A DNA stretch of 64,000 nt from Kiritimatiellia bacterium (GTDB taxonomy: Bacteria > Verrucomicrobiota > Kiritimatiellia > CAIVKH01): contig JANWZO010000001.1 in the NCBI GenBank assembly GCA_025054615.1, positions 143,499 to 207,498 on the forward strand, read 5' to 3'. This document shows, one piece after another, positions 56,006 to 64,000 of this stretch. The stretch's first letter is position 1; every line of letters begins with the position of its first letter. Under the pieces are notes generated by a model. That model worked only from the letters and a program-made list of their open reading frames with translations. It did no database searches and was not told the origin of the DNA. The position numbers were made by a program, and so were the translations under genes.

Positions 56006-56077
56006 ATCGAGAAACTGCGGAGCGAGCGAAGTTAGCCCGATATCCCCGTGTGATCCTGCTGGCGCGCCGGCACGATC

Positions 56078-56350
56078 TTAGGATAGCGGCTTCTTAGGAT
56101 GCGTGATCAGCGGGAGAACTTTGGCGCGCTCAGCGTTAAGCTGAATGTAATGCTTCCATTTTTCGGGCACGCGCTGGGCGGGAAAAATCGCCTTGGTCGG
56201 GCATTCCGGCACGCACGCTCCGCAATCGATGCACTCCACCGGATCAATCACGAGCATTTGCTCATCCTCGTGAAAGCAATTTACGGGGCACACCGTCACA
56301 CAGACGGTGTTCTTGCAACCCACACAAGGCTCTGTCACAACATGCGGCAT
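56078..56350 (-). CDS. Dicluster ferredoxin (FdxA/7Fe-like)
   Basis: CxxCKxxxCxxxCPxxCF and CIDCGACVPECP. Confidence 0.92.
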   Translation of the reverse strand: MPHVVTEPCVGCKNTVCVTVCPVNCFHEDEQMLVIDPVECIDCGACVPECPTKAIFPAQRVPEKWKHYIQLNAERAKVLPLITHPKKPLS

Positions 56351-56534
56351 TGCGGTCAATCTACCCGCGTGGGGCGAAATCGTCATCCATGCGACAAACC
56401 AGGACTCGCCCTAAAATCCAGAAGAGATCGTGTAATCGATCCTACTTCAACCGCTGAGCTTCACTCGGTCTCCCGGACCGGCGCAGATCGGCGGGAAAGG
56501 TGAGAAGCCAAGCCTCCGAGGGGCAAGCTCTCGC

Positions 56535-57851
56535 CTATGGGGACGGGCCAGCGGTCGGTTCTCCGGTTTCAACCTTGATCGGCTCTCCCGAGGTGGCGTG
56601 TACGGGCGCCTTCCCGCTGGGTCGAATGTAAATCTCCGTTCGGCGGTTGCGCTGCATGTTTTCCTCGGTGTCGTTCGGGGCGATCGGCCGCGTGAAACCG
56701 TATCCGACGGCCGTCAGCCGCGAGCGGTCGATCCCGCCAACTGTCGCGATGTAGTCCAACACCGCGCGCGCGCGCCGTTCGGACAGCCGCATGTTGTACG
56801 AATGGACCGACTTCGGCCGGCGATCGGCGTGCCCCTCAATTCGAGCCGTGGCGCCCGGATCGCGCTGCAACACTTTGATGATCACGTCCAAATCCTTGTG
56901 GTATTGCGGTCGAAGGTTGGCCTTGTCGTAGTCGAACTCGATCTGCAGCGTGAACAACATCAAATCGTCCGCCTTGTTGAGGGGATCGGTGTTGTCTTCG
57001 ATCACTTCATGGCCATCGGCTACGCCACCGGCATCCGTGTCGCGGTTGACCGGATTCGTTTTGTGGACAAGCACCTCGGCGCCATCGGTCAACCCGTCGT
57101 AATCGGTATCCGGATTTAGGGGATCTGTTTGATGGGTGCGAACTTCCTCAAAGTCGGACAATCCGTCGCTGTCCGTATCCGGATTGAACGGATCCGTTCC
57201 AAGGTTTGCTTCCTCGGAATCCAATAGGCCGTCTCCGTCGCTATCGATGTCCCCGCCAGTCACGGCATATACCGGCTTAACTGCGGTTCCCCATCGATAA
57301 TTCAGACCTGCAAAGACGTACTGATTGAACTCGGTGTCTTCGCCGACTACGGCCGACCGGTAATCGAGTCGCACCGACCACGCATCGTTGAAGTGGTAGA
57401 ACAAGCCGCCGCCGAGATTGACGAGAAATTCAGGCCGGCCGCCGGGTAACTCCTTCTCATAATACATCATGCCTAGGCCCGCCGACAAATAGGGGTCCCA
57501 TCGAAGGTTCCGGGTGCTGCGGAGGTGGAGCAACCCGTCGACGCCAAGTCTCAGGCCCCAAATATCCTCAGAGAGGAAATCGCGCGCCGGCGCGAGCTTC
57601 GTGTTGTCCTGCAGAGATGGGCCGTAGTCGACGGAGACCTCGGCCCCCACGAATTTGTTGAAATCATACCCGAGGCGAAGTCCAAGGAAGGTGCCATAAT
57701 CAAGCTGCTCATCACCCTCGTAGTGCATGTAGCCGGCTCCTGCGCCGACATACCAGGGGGCCTCTTCAAACAGGTCCCGCTCCTGGGCGCGCACGATATG
57801 ACAGCCTAACAACACAACAGCCGCCAAGAGAATCGATCGAAAGCATTTCAT
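56535..57851 (-). CDS. OmpA-family protein: beta-barrel + Asp-rich calcium-binding repeats + OmpA C-terminal domain
   Basis: Signal peptide, barrel strands, four DxDxxGxxDxxE repeats, IEGHAD, LSERRA, NRRTEI. Confidence 0.9.
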   Translation of the reverse strand: MKCFRSILLAAVVLLGCHIVRAQERDLFEEAPWYVGAGAGYMHYEGDEQLDYGTFLGLRLGYDFNKFVGAEVSVDYGPSLQDNTKLAPARDFLSEDIWGLRLGVDGLLHLRSTRNLRWDPYLSAGLGMMYYEKELPGGRPEFLVNLGGGLFYHFNDAWSVRLDYRSAVVGEDTEFNQYVFAGLNYRWGTAVKPVYAVTGGDIDSDGDGLLDSEEANLGTDPFNPDTDSDGLSDFEEVRTHQTDPLNPDTDYDGLTDGAEVLVHKTNPVNRDTDAGGVADGHEVIEDNTDPLNKADDLMLFTLQIEFDYDKANLRPQYHKDLDVIIKVLQRDPGATARIEGHADRRPKSVHSYNMRLSERRARAVLDYIATVGGIDRSRLTAVGYGFTRPIAPNDTEENMQRNRRTEIYIRPSGKAPVHATSGEPIKVETGEPTAGPSP

Positions 57852-57933
57852 GCTAATGCAAACTCCCAAAGCGCCCTCCGGGCGCAAGTTTTCCTTGCGG
57901 TATAGCACAGCAAACCCCGAATGCAAGCGCGGA

Positions 57934-58299
57934 TCAAATGTGAAGCAATCCCGTCAGCAGCGACACCAGCAGCAACAGGCAAAGACCCGTCAGCGTAATG
58001 GACATCCACGGCATCGGGCTTCGGTCGATTCGGCGACGATGCAGCTTGGCGGCCGTTGCCGCAACCGAGAGCGTCAGGGTCAGCAACAGTACGCCGAGAA
58101 AGGCCAGAAAATTCTCCCTGGCGTGGACCGTCTTAACGCCCGCCTTTCCTACCAGCGGCAGAATCATGCATAGAAACAGGAAACTGAGACCGGCTGCGAT
58201 GGTGAGGGCGGTCCCCGCCCCCGCAAACAGCGGGCTTACGCTCTGATGTGCGTGTCGGTCGCCAGATTCTGGACGGGCCATGTCTGATAATGCTCCCAT
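57934..58299 (-). CDS. Small hypothetical membrane protein (3 TM)
   Basis: Three hydrophobic segments. Co-oriented with its neighbours and fills the gap between them. Start may be 58281. Confidence 0.6.
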   Translation of the reverse strand: MGALSDMARPESGDRHAHQSVSPLFAGAGTALTIAAGLSFLFLCMILPLVGKAGVKTVHARENFLAFLGVLLLTLTLSVAATAAKLHRRRIDRSPMPWMSITLTGLCLLLLVSLLTGLLHI

Positions 58300-58304
58300 T
58301 TGAC

Positions 58305-59189
58305 TCAGGTTGTACCCGGACCGGCCGGCGCCGGCAAGGGCTGGGTCCGCCAACGCCGGTGCATCCAGATCCATTGGTCCGGATGCTGCCGTATAACATC
58401 TTCAATGATTCGCGTATAGCGTTGAGTCGCGTCCTGAATGGTTTCCGGCCTGCGGTCCGCCGGAGGATCCAGCGGCGGCAGAATTCGGACCCGATGCGAC
58501 CCATCCGGTTCCCGCACCATGAAAACCGGCAGAACCGGCGACTGCGCGTGCGCGGCGAGATAAGCGAGGCCGGGTGTTGTACACGCGGGCCGCCCGAAAA
58601 AATCCACGAATATGCCTTCGTCGCGCGTCATGTTCTGATCGAGGATAAATCCAAGGAATTCGCCGCGCTTGAGCGTGGCAAGACAGGCCCGATAGGACCC
58701 GTGCGCGGGAAGCAGCTTCAAACCGATTCGCGCTCTCGCCTCCTGCCAGTAGCGATTCGCCCCTGCGTTTTTCAGCTCCTTGGTGATAATCGTCAGCGGC
58801 ACGCGGCGCGCCGCCCAGGGACCGAGCAAGTCCCAGTTCCCCAGATGCGCCGTTAAAACCAGCACGCCCCGCCCACGCTCTCTTGCGCGCTCCACGTGCT
58901 CCATGCCGTCCGCGCGGACCATGGCATCCAGCTCCGCATCCCGACCGCCAAACCACCGAATCACCTCGACGTAATTGACCGCCAAATTCTGATAAACCCG
59001 CCGAAGCCGGCGCTTGAGATCCCGCCGCGATGCGCCGGGAAAGCAGCGCGCCATGTCCGCCAGGTTGGTCTCACGATGCTTGCGGAGGGCGGCGAAAGCG
59101 ATGAGGCCGACGCCGCGGCCGAAAGCTCGGGCGACACGCAGAGGCAGGGCGCATAAGATCCGCTCAACCCATTTCAGCATTCGGTACAT
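58305..59189 (-). CDS. Lipid A late acyltransferase (LpxL/HtrB family)
   Basis: AHLGNWD, FILDQ, VDFFGRPA.T.PG, PDQWIWMHRRW. Confidence 0.9.
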   Translation of the reverse strand: MYRMLKWVERILCALPLRVARAFGRGVGLIAFAALRKHRETNLADMARCFPGASRRDLKRRLRRVYQNLAVNYVEVIRWFGGRDAELDAMVRADGMEHVERARERGRGVLVLTAHLGNWDLLGPWAARRVPLTIITKELKNAGANRYWQEARARIGLKLLPAHGSYRACLATLKRGEFLGFILDQNMTRDEGIFVDFFGRPACTTPGLAYLAAHAQSPVLPVFMVREPDGSHRVRILPPLDPPADRRPETIQDATQRYTRIIEDVIRQHPDQWIWMHRRWRTQPLPAPAGPGTT

Positions 59190-59393
59190 GACCGACTGCG
59201 AGTCTACTCACCGCCGGCCCATTGCGACATTGTTTTTGTTCCAGTCGACCCCCTCCGAAAACTGGCGCGACGATCGCCAGCGCACCAAGACCCGCAGAAC
59301 CAAGAATTGCCCAGGGATGGAATCGAACGAGGTGCCTAAACGCGGCGAGGGCGGCCGATAGGGCCGCCCTCGCATCTCCGGATGCGAGTAGAA

Positions 59394-60632
59394 TCAGAAC
59401 TCGTCGTAAGCGATCTGCTCTTTCTCGACGCCGAGGTCGTACAGCATCTTGTTCACGGCCGCGATCATCGGCGGCGGACCGCACAGATAGTACTCAATCT
59501 CCGTCGGATCGGGATGATTCTTCAGGTAATTTTCATAGACAACCTGATGGATGAAGCCTTTGTACCCGGTCCAATTGTCTTCAGGCAGCGGCTCGCTAAG
59601 AGCGACGTAAAACTTGAAGTTCGGATGTTCGCGCTCGATTTTGCGGAAGTCCTCCTCATAAAACATTTCGCGAAGCGACCGCGCTCCATACCAGTATGAA
59701 ACCTTGCGCTTCGTCTTCTTCGTGAGGAAGAGATCGAAGATGTGGCTCCGCAGCGGCGCCATGCCCGCGCCACCGCCGATGTACACCATCTCCTTGTCGG
59801 TATCCTTGGCAAAAAATTCGCCGAACGGACCGCTGATCCACACTTTGTCCCCGGGCTTCAAACTATAAATATAGCTCGATGCAATACCGGGCTTCACGCC
59901 GGGCATGTTCGGCGGGGGCGTGGCAATACGTACATTGAGCATCACAATATTACCCTCCGCAGGGTGATTGCCCATGGAATAAGCCCGGAAACAGGGCTCC
60001 TCATTTGTAACTTCCAGATCAAAGAGCTTCAGCTTCTCCCACGCATCCCGAAACTTCGGATCAATGTCGAAATCTCGGAATCGGATGTGATATTTCGGGA
60101 TGTCGATCTGAATATAGCCGCCAGCCTTGAAATTCAGATTAACGCCAGGCGGCAGATCCACGATGAGTTCCTTGATAAACGTCGCGACATTTCGGTTCGA
60201 TCGAACCGTTCCCTCAAATTTCTTAATTTCAAGCACCTCGGGTGGAACATGAATTTTCAGGTCATTCTTCACCTTGAGTTGGCAGGCCAATCGGGTGCCT
60301 TGCTTAGCCTGCTGCTTATTGATATGGCCCGTCTCGGTCGGCAGGAGAGAACCTCCACCCTCGAGAACCTGGCATTTGCACATCGCGCAGGTGCCGCCGC
60401 CTCCGCAAGCGGAGGGCAAAAAAATCTTCTGATCAGCCAGCACGCTTAGAAGCGACTTGCCCGGCGGCGCTTCAATCACCTTAGCCCCGTCGTTGATGTT
60501 GATCTTGACTAACCCGGCGGGAGCCAGTTTTTTCGACGCCCAAATGATACCGAGCACCAAAAAAAGCGTCAGGCCAGTGAAAACGGCCACACTTGCGGAG
60601 ACATAGGTAAGATCCATGACGGCGACTCCCAT
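59394..60632 (-). CDS. nqrF: Na+-translocating NADH:quinone reductase subunit F
   Basis: [37 protein letters not shown]. Confidence 0.97.
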   Translation of the reverse strand: MGVAVMDLTYVSASVAVFTGLTLFLVLGIIWASKKLAPAGLVKININDGAKVIEAPPGKSLLSVLADQKIFLPSACGGGGTCAMCKCQVLEGGGSLLPTETGHINKQQAKQGTRLACQLKVKNDLKIHVPPEVLEIKKFEGTVRSNRNVATFIKELIVDLPPGVNLNFKAGGYIQIDIPKYHIRFRDFDIDPKFRDAWEKLKLFDLEVTNEEPCFRAYSMGNHPAEGNIVMLNVRIATPPPNMPGVKPGIASSYIYSLKPGDKVWISGPFGEFFAKDTDKEMVYIGGGAGMAPLRSHIFDLFLTKKTKRKVSYWYGARSLREMFYEEDFRKIEREHPNFKFYVALSEPLPEDNWTGYKGFIHQVVYENYLKNHPDPTEIEYYLCGPPPMIAAVNKMLYDLGVEKEQIAYDEF

Positions 60633-60667
60633 CTATCTAATTGTAAATCCCATTCGCGGCACAAACC

Positions 60668-61282
60668 TTACAATTTGATTCCGGCAAAACTCATAAATCC
60701 CAGCGCCATTAGGCCCGTCATGATCATGGTCATCCCGAGCCCTTTCAGCCCCTCCGGTATGTGGGAGTAGCGAAGCTTTTTGCGGACCGCGGCAAGTGCA
60801 ACGATCGCAAGCGCCCAGCCTACCCCCGACGAGACGCCGAAGACCGCCGCATGAGGCAAATCATAGCCCCGTTCATTCATGAGTAGCGAGCCGCCGAGAA
60901 TCGCGCAGTTCACGGCGATGAGCGGCAAAAAGATGCCGAGCGAGGTGTAAAGCTTTGGAAAATACTTGTCCAAGGTCATCTCGACGATCTGAACCATGAA
61001 GGCAATCGTGGAGATGAAGCAGATGAATGTAAGGAACGAGAGGTCCAGCGATTCAAATCCGGCAATTCCCGTCCACGCCAACGCGCCCGGCTCCAGAAAA
61101 TAGGTTTTGATAAACCAGTTGGTCGGCACCGTGATCGTCTGGACAAAGATCACGGCAAGGCCCAGGCCGGTAGCCGTCTCGACCTTCTTCGAGCAGGCGA
61201 GAAACGAGCACATCCCCAGGAAGAACGACAGAAGGATGTTCTCGACGAAAATGTTCTTGATGGCGAGATTGATCAGGTCCAT
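60668..61282 (-). CDS. nqrE: Na+-NQR subunit E
   Basis: [24 protein letters not shown]. Confidence 0.96.
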   Translation of the reverse strand: MDLINLAIKNIFVENILLSFFLGMCSFLACSKKVETATGLGLAVIFVQTITVPTNWFIKTYFLEPGALAWTGIAGFESLDLSFLTFICFISTIAFMVQIVEMTLDKYFPKLYTSLGIFLPLIAVNCAILGGSLLMNERGYDLPHAAVFGVSSGVGWALAIVALAAVRKKLRYSHIPEGLKGLGMTMIMTGLMALGFMSFAGIKL

Positions 61283-61291
61283 GGCGCCCCC

Positions 61292-61897
61292 CTATGCGGT
61301 CTCAAATTTCCGAATGATCTGGCGCTGCGCCCAGATGAGCAGCCCGAGGCAGAAAAACGCGCCTGGCGCTAGCAGCATCAACCCGTTGCCGATATATCCC
61401 TCGGGCAGCAGCCGGATGCCGTGCCACGTGCCAAAGCCGAGGATTTCGCGAATCGAGGCCACTGTGACCAGGACGGCGCTGTAGCCGAGGCCGTTCCCGA
61501 TGCCGTCCAGCAGCGAGGGCAGTGGTTTGTTCCCCAAAGCAAACGCCTCCAGGCGCCCGAGGACGATGCAGTTCGTGATGATCAGACCCACGAACACGCT
61601 GAGCTGGCGACTGATTTCAAAGACGTAGGCTTTCAAAATCTGGTCGGCCAAAATGACCAGTGTGGAAACGACAGCCAGTTCGATGATGATCCGGATGCGG
61701 GAGGGGATGAAATTTCGGATCAGCGAGATGATCAGGTTTGAAAACGCGGTCACGGTGGTGAGGCTGATGGACATCACCAGCGCCGTATCGACCTTCGTCG
61801 TGACGGCCAACGCTGAACATATGCCAAGAATCTGAATGGTAATCGGATTGTTGTCCGACAGCGGGTCGACGACGATCTTCTTCAATTTTGAGGCCAT
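61292..61897 (-). CDS. nqrD: Na+-NQR subunit D
   Basis: [28 protein letters not shown]. Confidence 0.96.
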   Translation of the reverse strand: MASKLKKIVVDPLSDNNPITIQILGICSALAVTTKVDTALVMSISLTTVTAFSNLIISLIRNFIPSRIRIIIELAVVSTLVILADQILKAYVFEISRQLSVFVGLIITNCIVLGRLEAFALGNKPLPSLLDGIGNGLGYSAVLVTVASIREILGFGTWHGIRLLPEGYIGNGLMLLAPGAFFCLGLLIWAQRQIIRKFETA

Positions 61898-61906
61898 GGC
61901 ACTCTC

Positions 61907-62638
61907 CTACGAGCGTCGAATCAACTTGAAATACTTTTCGTACAAATCAAGGTCCCGATTGATAAATTCGGTCACGCCCTTGCCGGTCAGCGTCGCGCCG
62001 CTAATGCCATCGACCGCGTGGTCATTCCCCTGGGGATAGCGGTCGGCGACCGTACCTTTGACGACTTCAAACGGGACGCGCTGGCCGTCCCGCCAGATCA
62101 CTTTGCCCTTGAAGTTGTTCTGGAACCAATCCTTCTCCACCTCGCCGCCCAGGCCCGGCGTCTCCCCGTGCTTGTAAAAGGTTACGCCGGCAATCGTGGC
62201 GAGATCCTTGTTCAGGGCAAGATAGCCGTAAATAGTCGACCAGAGGCCCTTGCCCGAGATCGGGATGGCATATTTGACAACCTCGCCATTTTCCTCATAG
62301 GTGTAGAGGGGCAGGCGCTTTCTGGCGGCAACATCCTTGGGATCAACATCCGCGCTGGTAAGACCTTCAATTGGCTGGCCCGTCTCGCCGTCAAGAATGA
62401 TCTCCCGAATTTTTTCCCTGAAAATCCGCTCGACCTCCGCGCTGCTGATCTGGCGGCCCTGCTCATCGCGAATCGCATAGCCAAATGCCTTTAGCACGTT
62501 GAGCTTGCGATCCATCTCCACATTGTACTCCTGCTTGGCCTTCAGCGCCGACGCCGCGGCAGACAGGACGAGACTGCACGCAAGGCAGACGGCGACCGCA
62601 AAGCCGACGACGTATCCGTCCCCCCTAGGCGTAGACAT
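61907..62638 (-). CDS. nqrC: Na+-NQR subunit C
   Basis: GKGLWS, HGETPGLGGE, and the FMN site VDGISGATLT. Confidence 0.96.
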   Translation of the reverse strand: MSTPRGDGYVVGFAVAVCLACSLVLSAAASALKAKQEYNVEMDRKLNVLKAFGYAIRDEQGRQISSAEVERIFREKIREIILDGETGQPIEGLTSADVDPKDVAARKRLPLYTYEENGEVVKYAIPISGKGLWSTIYGYLALNKDLATIAGVTFYKHGETPGLGGEVEKDWFQNNFKGKVIWRDGQRVPFEVVKGTVADRYPQGNDHAVDGISGATLTGKGVTEFINRDLDLYEKYFKLIRRS

Positions 62639-63800
62639 GGCGAGCCCTCCTCTTGATGTGCGCCTGCACCACGTAATGGTCGATCAGCGGCGCCATCACA
62701 TTCATGAACAAAATCGCCAGCATCACCGCCTCCGGATAAGCGGGGTTGGCGACACGAATCACCAGAATGAGGAAACCGATCAGGAAACCATAAATCCACT
62801 TGCCGGCGTTCGTCGCCGCCGCCGAAACCGGATCCGTCGCCATGAAAACAATCCCGAAGGCAAAGCTGCCGATCACCATGTGATACCAGAACGGCAGGTC
62901 GACCAATGGCTTCAGATTCGGGCTTCCAATCGCCTGCATCAGATACGACCCGAAAATCAACCCCAGCACGCCGCCTACCATGATCCGCCAAGATCCAATT
63001 CCGGACAGGACGAGAATCGCCGCTCCGATGAGGCAGGCAATAACGGACGTTTCGCCGATGCTGCCGGGCTCAAGGCCGATGAGCATTTTCTCAAAAGTAA
63101 AGCCGGCTTTCTCGAGCGTCTCAGTGATGGTCTCGCCCGCGTGAGGGACCATGCCGATGCCGAGCGGCGTGGCATAGGTAAAACCGTCCGGTCCGCTTAC
63201 CCAGACCTTGTCGCCGCTGATTTGCGCGGGATAGGCAAAATAGAGAAATGCGCGGGCGGTGAGCGCCGGATTGAGCACGTTGAACCCCGTACCGCCAAAA
63301 ATTTCCTTGCCGATCACGATGCCAAACGTGATGCCGAGCGCTACCTGCCAAAGCGGAATGGTTGGCGGCAGCGTCAGCGGAAACAACAGCCCGGAAACCA
63401 GAAACCCTTCGCTGATCGGGTGTTTCCGTACAATCGCGAAGAGAACCTCCCAAAAGCCGCCCACGGCATAGGACGTCAGAATAATCGGCAAGCAGATGGC
63501 CAGTCCCTTGAAAAAATGGTCCCAAAACGTCGCCCCCGCCACCTGGTGAGCCAGGTTGTGCTGATAGCCCGCATTGAAGATGCCGAACAAGGTCGCGGGG
63601 ATCAGCGCGAAAACCACCATGATCATCGTCCGCTTGAGGTCGAGCTGGTCGCGGACATGCGGCGGGCCGTGCGTCACTTCCGCCGGCGTCAGCAGGAACG
63701 TCTCATTGGCCTCATGCAGCGGATACAGCCGCTCGAACTTCCCGCCCGGCAAAAAAAGCGGGCGGATCTTCTCCAGGTGCTTCTCCAGAAACGCTTTCAC
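62625..63800 (-). CDS. nqrB: Na+-NQR subunit B
   Basis: HVRD..DLKRTM, KEIFGGTG.N.LNPAL, GSIGETS, FMATDPVS. GTG start placed just after the nqrA stop. Confidence 0.95.
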   Translation of the reverse strand: MKAFLEKHLEKIRPLFLPGGKFERLYPLHEANETFLLTPAEVTHGPPHVRDQLDLKRTMIMVVFALIPATLFGIFNAGYQHNLAHQVAGATFWDHFFKGLAICLPIILTSYAVGGFWEVLFAIVRKHPISEGFLVSGLLFPLTLPPTIPLWQVALGITFGIVIGKEIFGGTGFNVLNPALTARAFLYFAYPAQISGDKVWVSGPDGFTYATPLGIGMVPHAGETITETLEKAGFTFEKMLIGLEPGSIGETSVIACLIGAAILVLSGIGSWRIMVGGVLGLIFGSYLMQAIGSPNLKPLVDLPFWYHMVIGSFAFGIVFMATDPVSAAATNAGKWIYGFLIGFLILVIRVANPAYPEAVMLAILFMNVMAPLIDHYVVQAHIKRRARHVYA

Positions 63801-63801
63801 G

Positions 63802-64000
63802 TCAAATGCCCTCTTTTTCGATATCTTCCAATCCTTTCCGGATGATCCCAACTAAATCCATTTTTGACGGACATGCAAATGCGCAGACCGCATAATCCTC
63901 CGGCAGCGTTTCCAGAATCCCCAGTTTGATCGCCTCCTCCGTGTCGTTGGCGAGAACGGCGCGGACCACGTAATCCACCATGATATTCAGCGGCATGTAC
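63802..64000 (-). CDS. nqrA: Na+-NQR subunit A, C-terminal fragment (cut by the window edge)
   Basis: LG.LE..PEDYAVCAFACPSK...IIRKGL..IEKEG. Sits upstream of nqrB. Confidence 0.9.
   Translation of the reverse strand, partial: YMPLNIMVDYVVRAVLANDTEEAIKLGILETLPEDYAVCAFACPSKMDLVGIIRKGLEDIEKEGI

Noticed and set aside
59164..59484. 106-aa ORF between nqrF and the lipid A acyltransferase
   Set aside because: It overlaps both neighbours, has no plausible start within the gap and no recognisable motif.

Overview
A GC-rich bacterial chromosomal segment. It most likely comes from the PVC superphylum (Kiritimatiellia/Verrucomicrobiota-like); this is inferred from the PEP-CTERM/exosortase system, a TIGR03790-like gene and the style of the surface proteins. 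Both flanks are housekeeping and envelope genes. The left flank has folE, a Lon-N protein, an L,D-transpeptidase, tamBA, yraN, a lytic transglycosylase, pgpA and pyrKD. The right flank has clpB, lpxD-skp-bamA-dnaB-rplI-rpsR-ssb-rpsF-pth-rplY-prs-tRNA-Gln, a diguanylate cyclase, a ferredoxin, an OmpA-family protein, a lipid A acyltransferase and nqrA-F. The middle (~12.3-41.6 kb) is a cell-surface locus. It contains a polytopic membrane + TPR protein, a PEP-CTERM protein, an SDR epimerase, a WecB/TagA glycosyltransferase, an exosortase homologue with Thr at the catalytic Cys position, EpsI with a Cys/His insertion, WbaP, a TIGR03790-like protein and a ~5,700-aa modular adhesin-like protein with no recognisable export or anchor signal. 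Exported proteins in this locus are strongly enriched in Ser/Thr-Asn dipeptides. I saw no CRISPR array, transposase, integrase or rRNA. All family calls come from motif recognition by eye, not from database searches.
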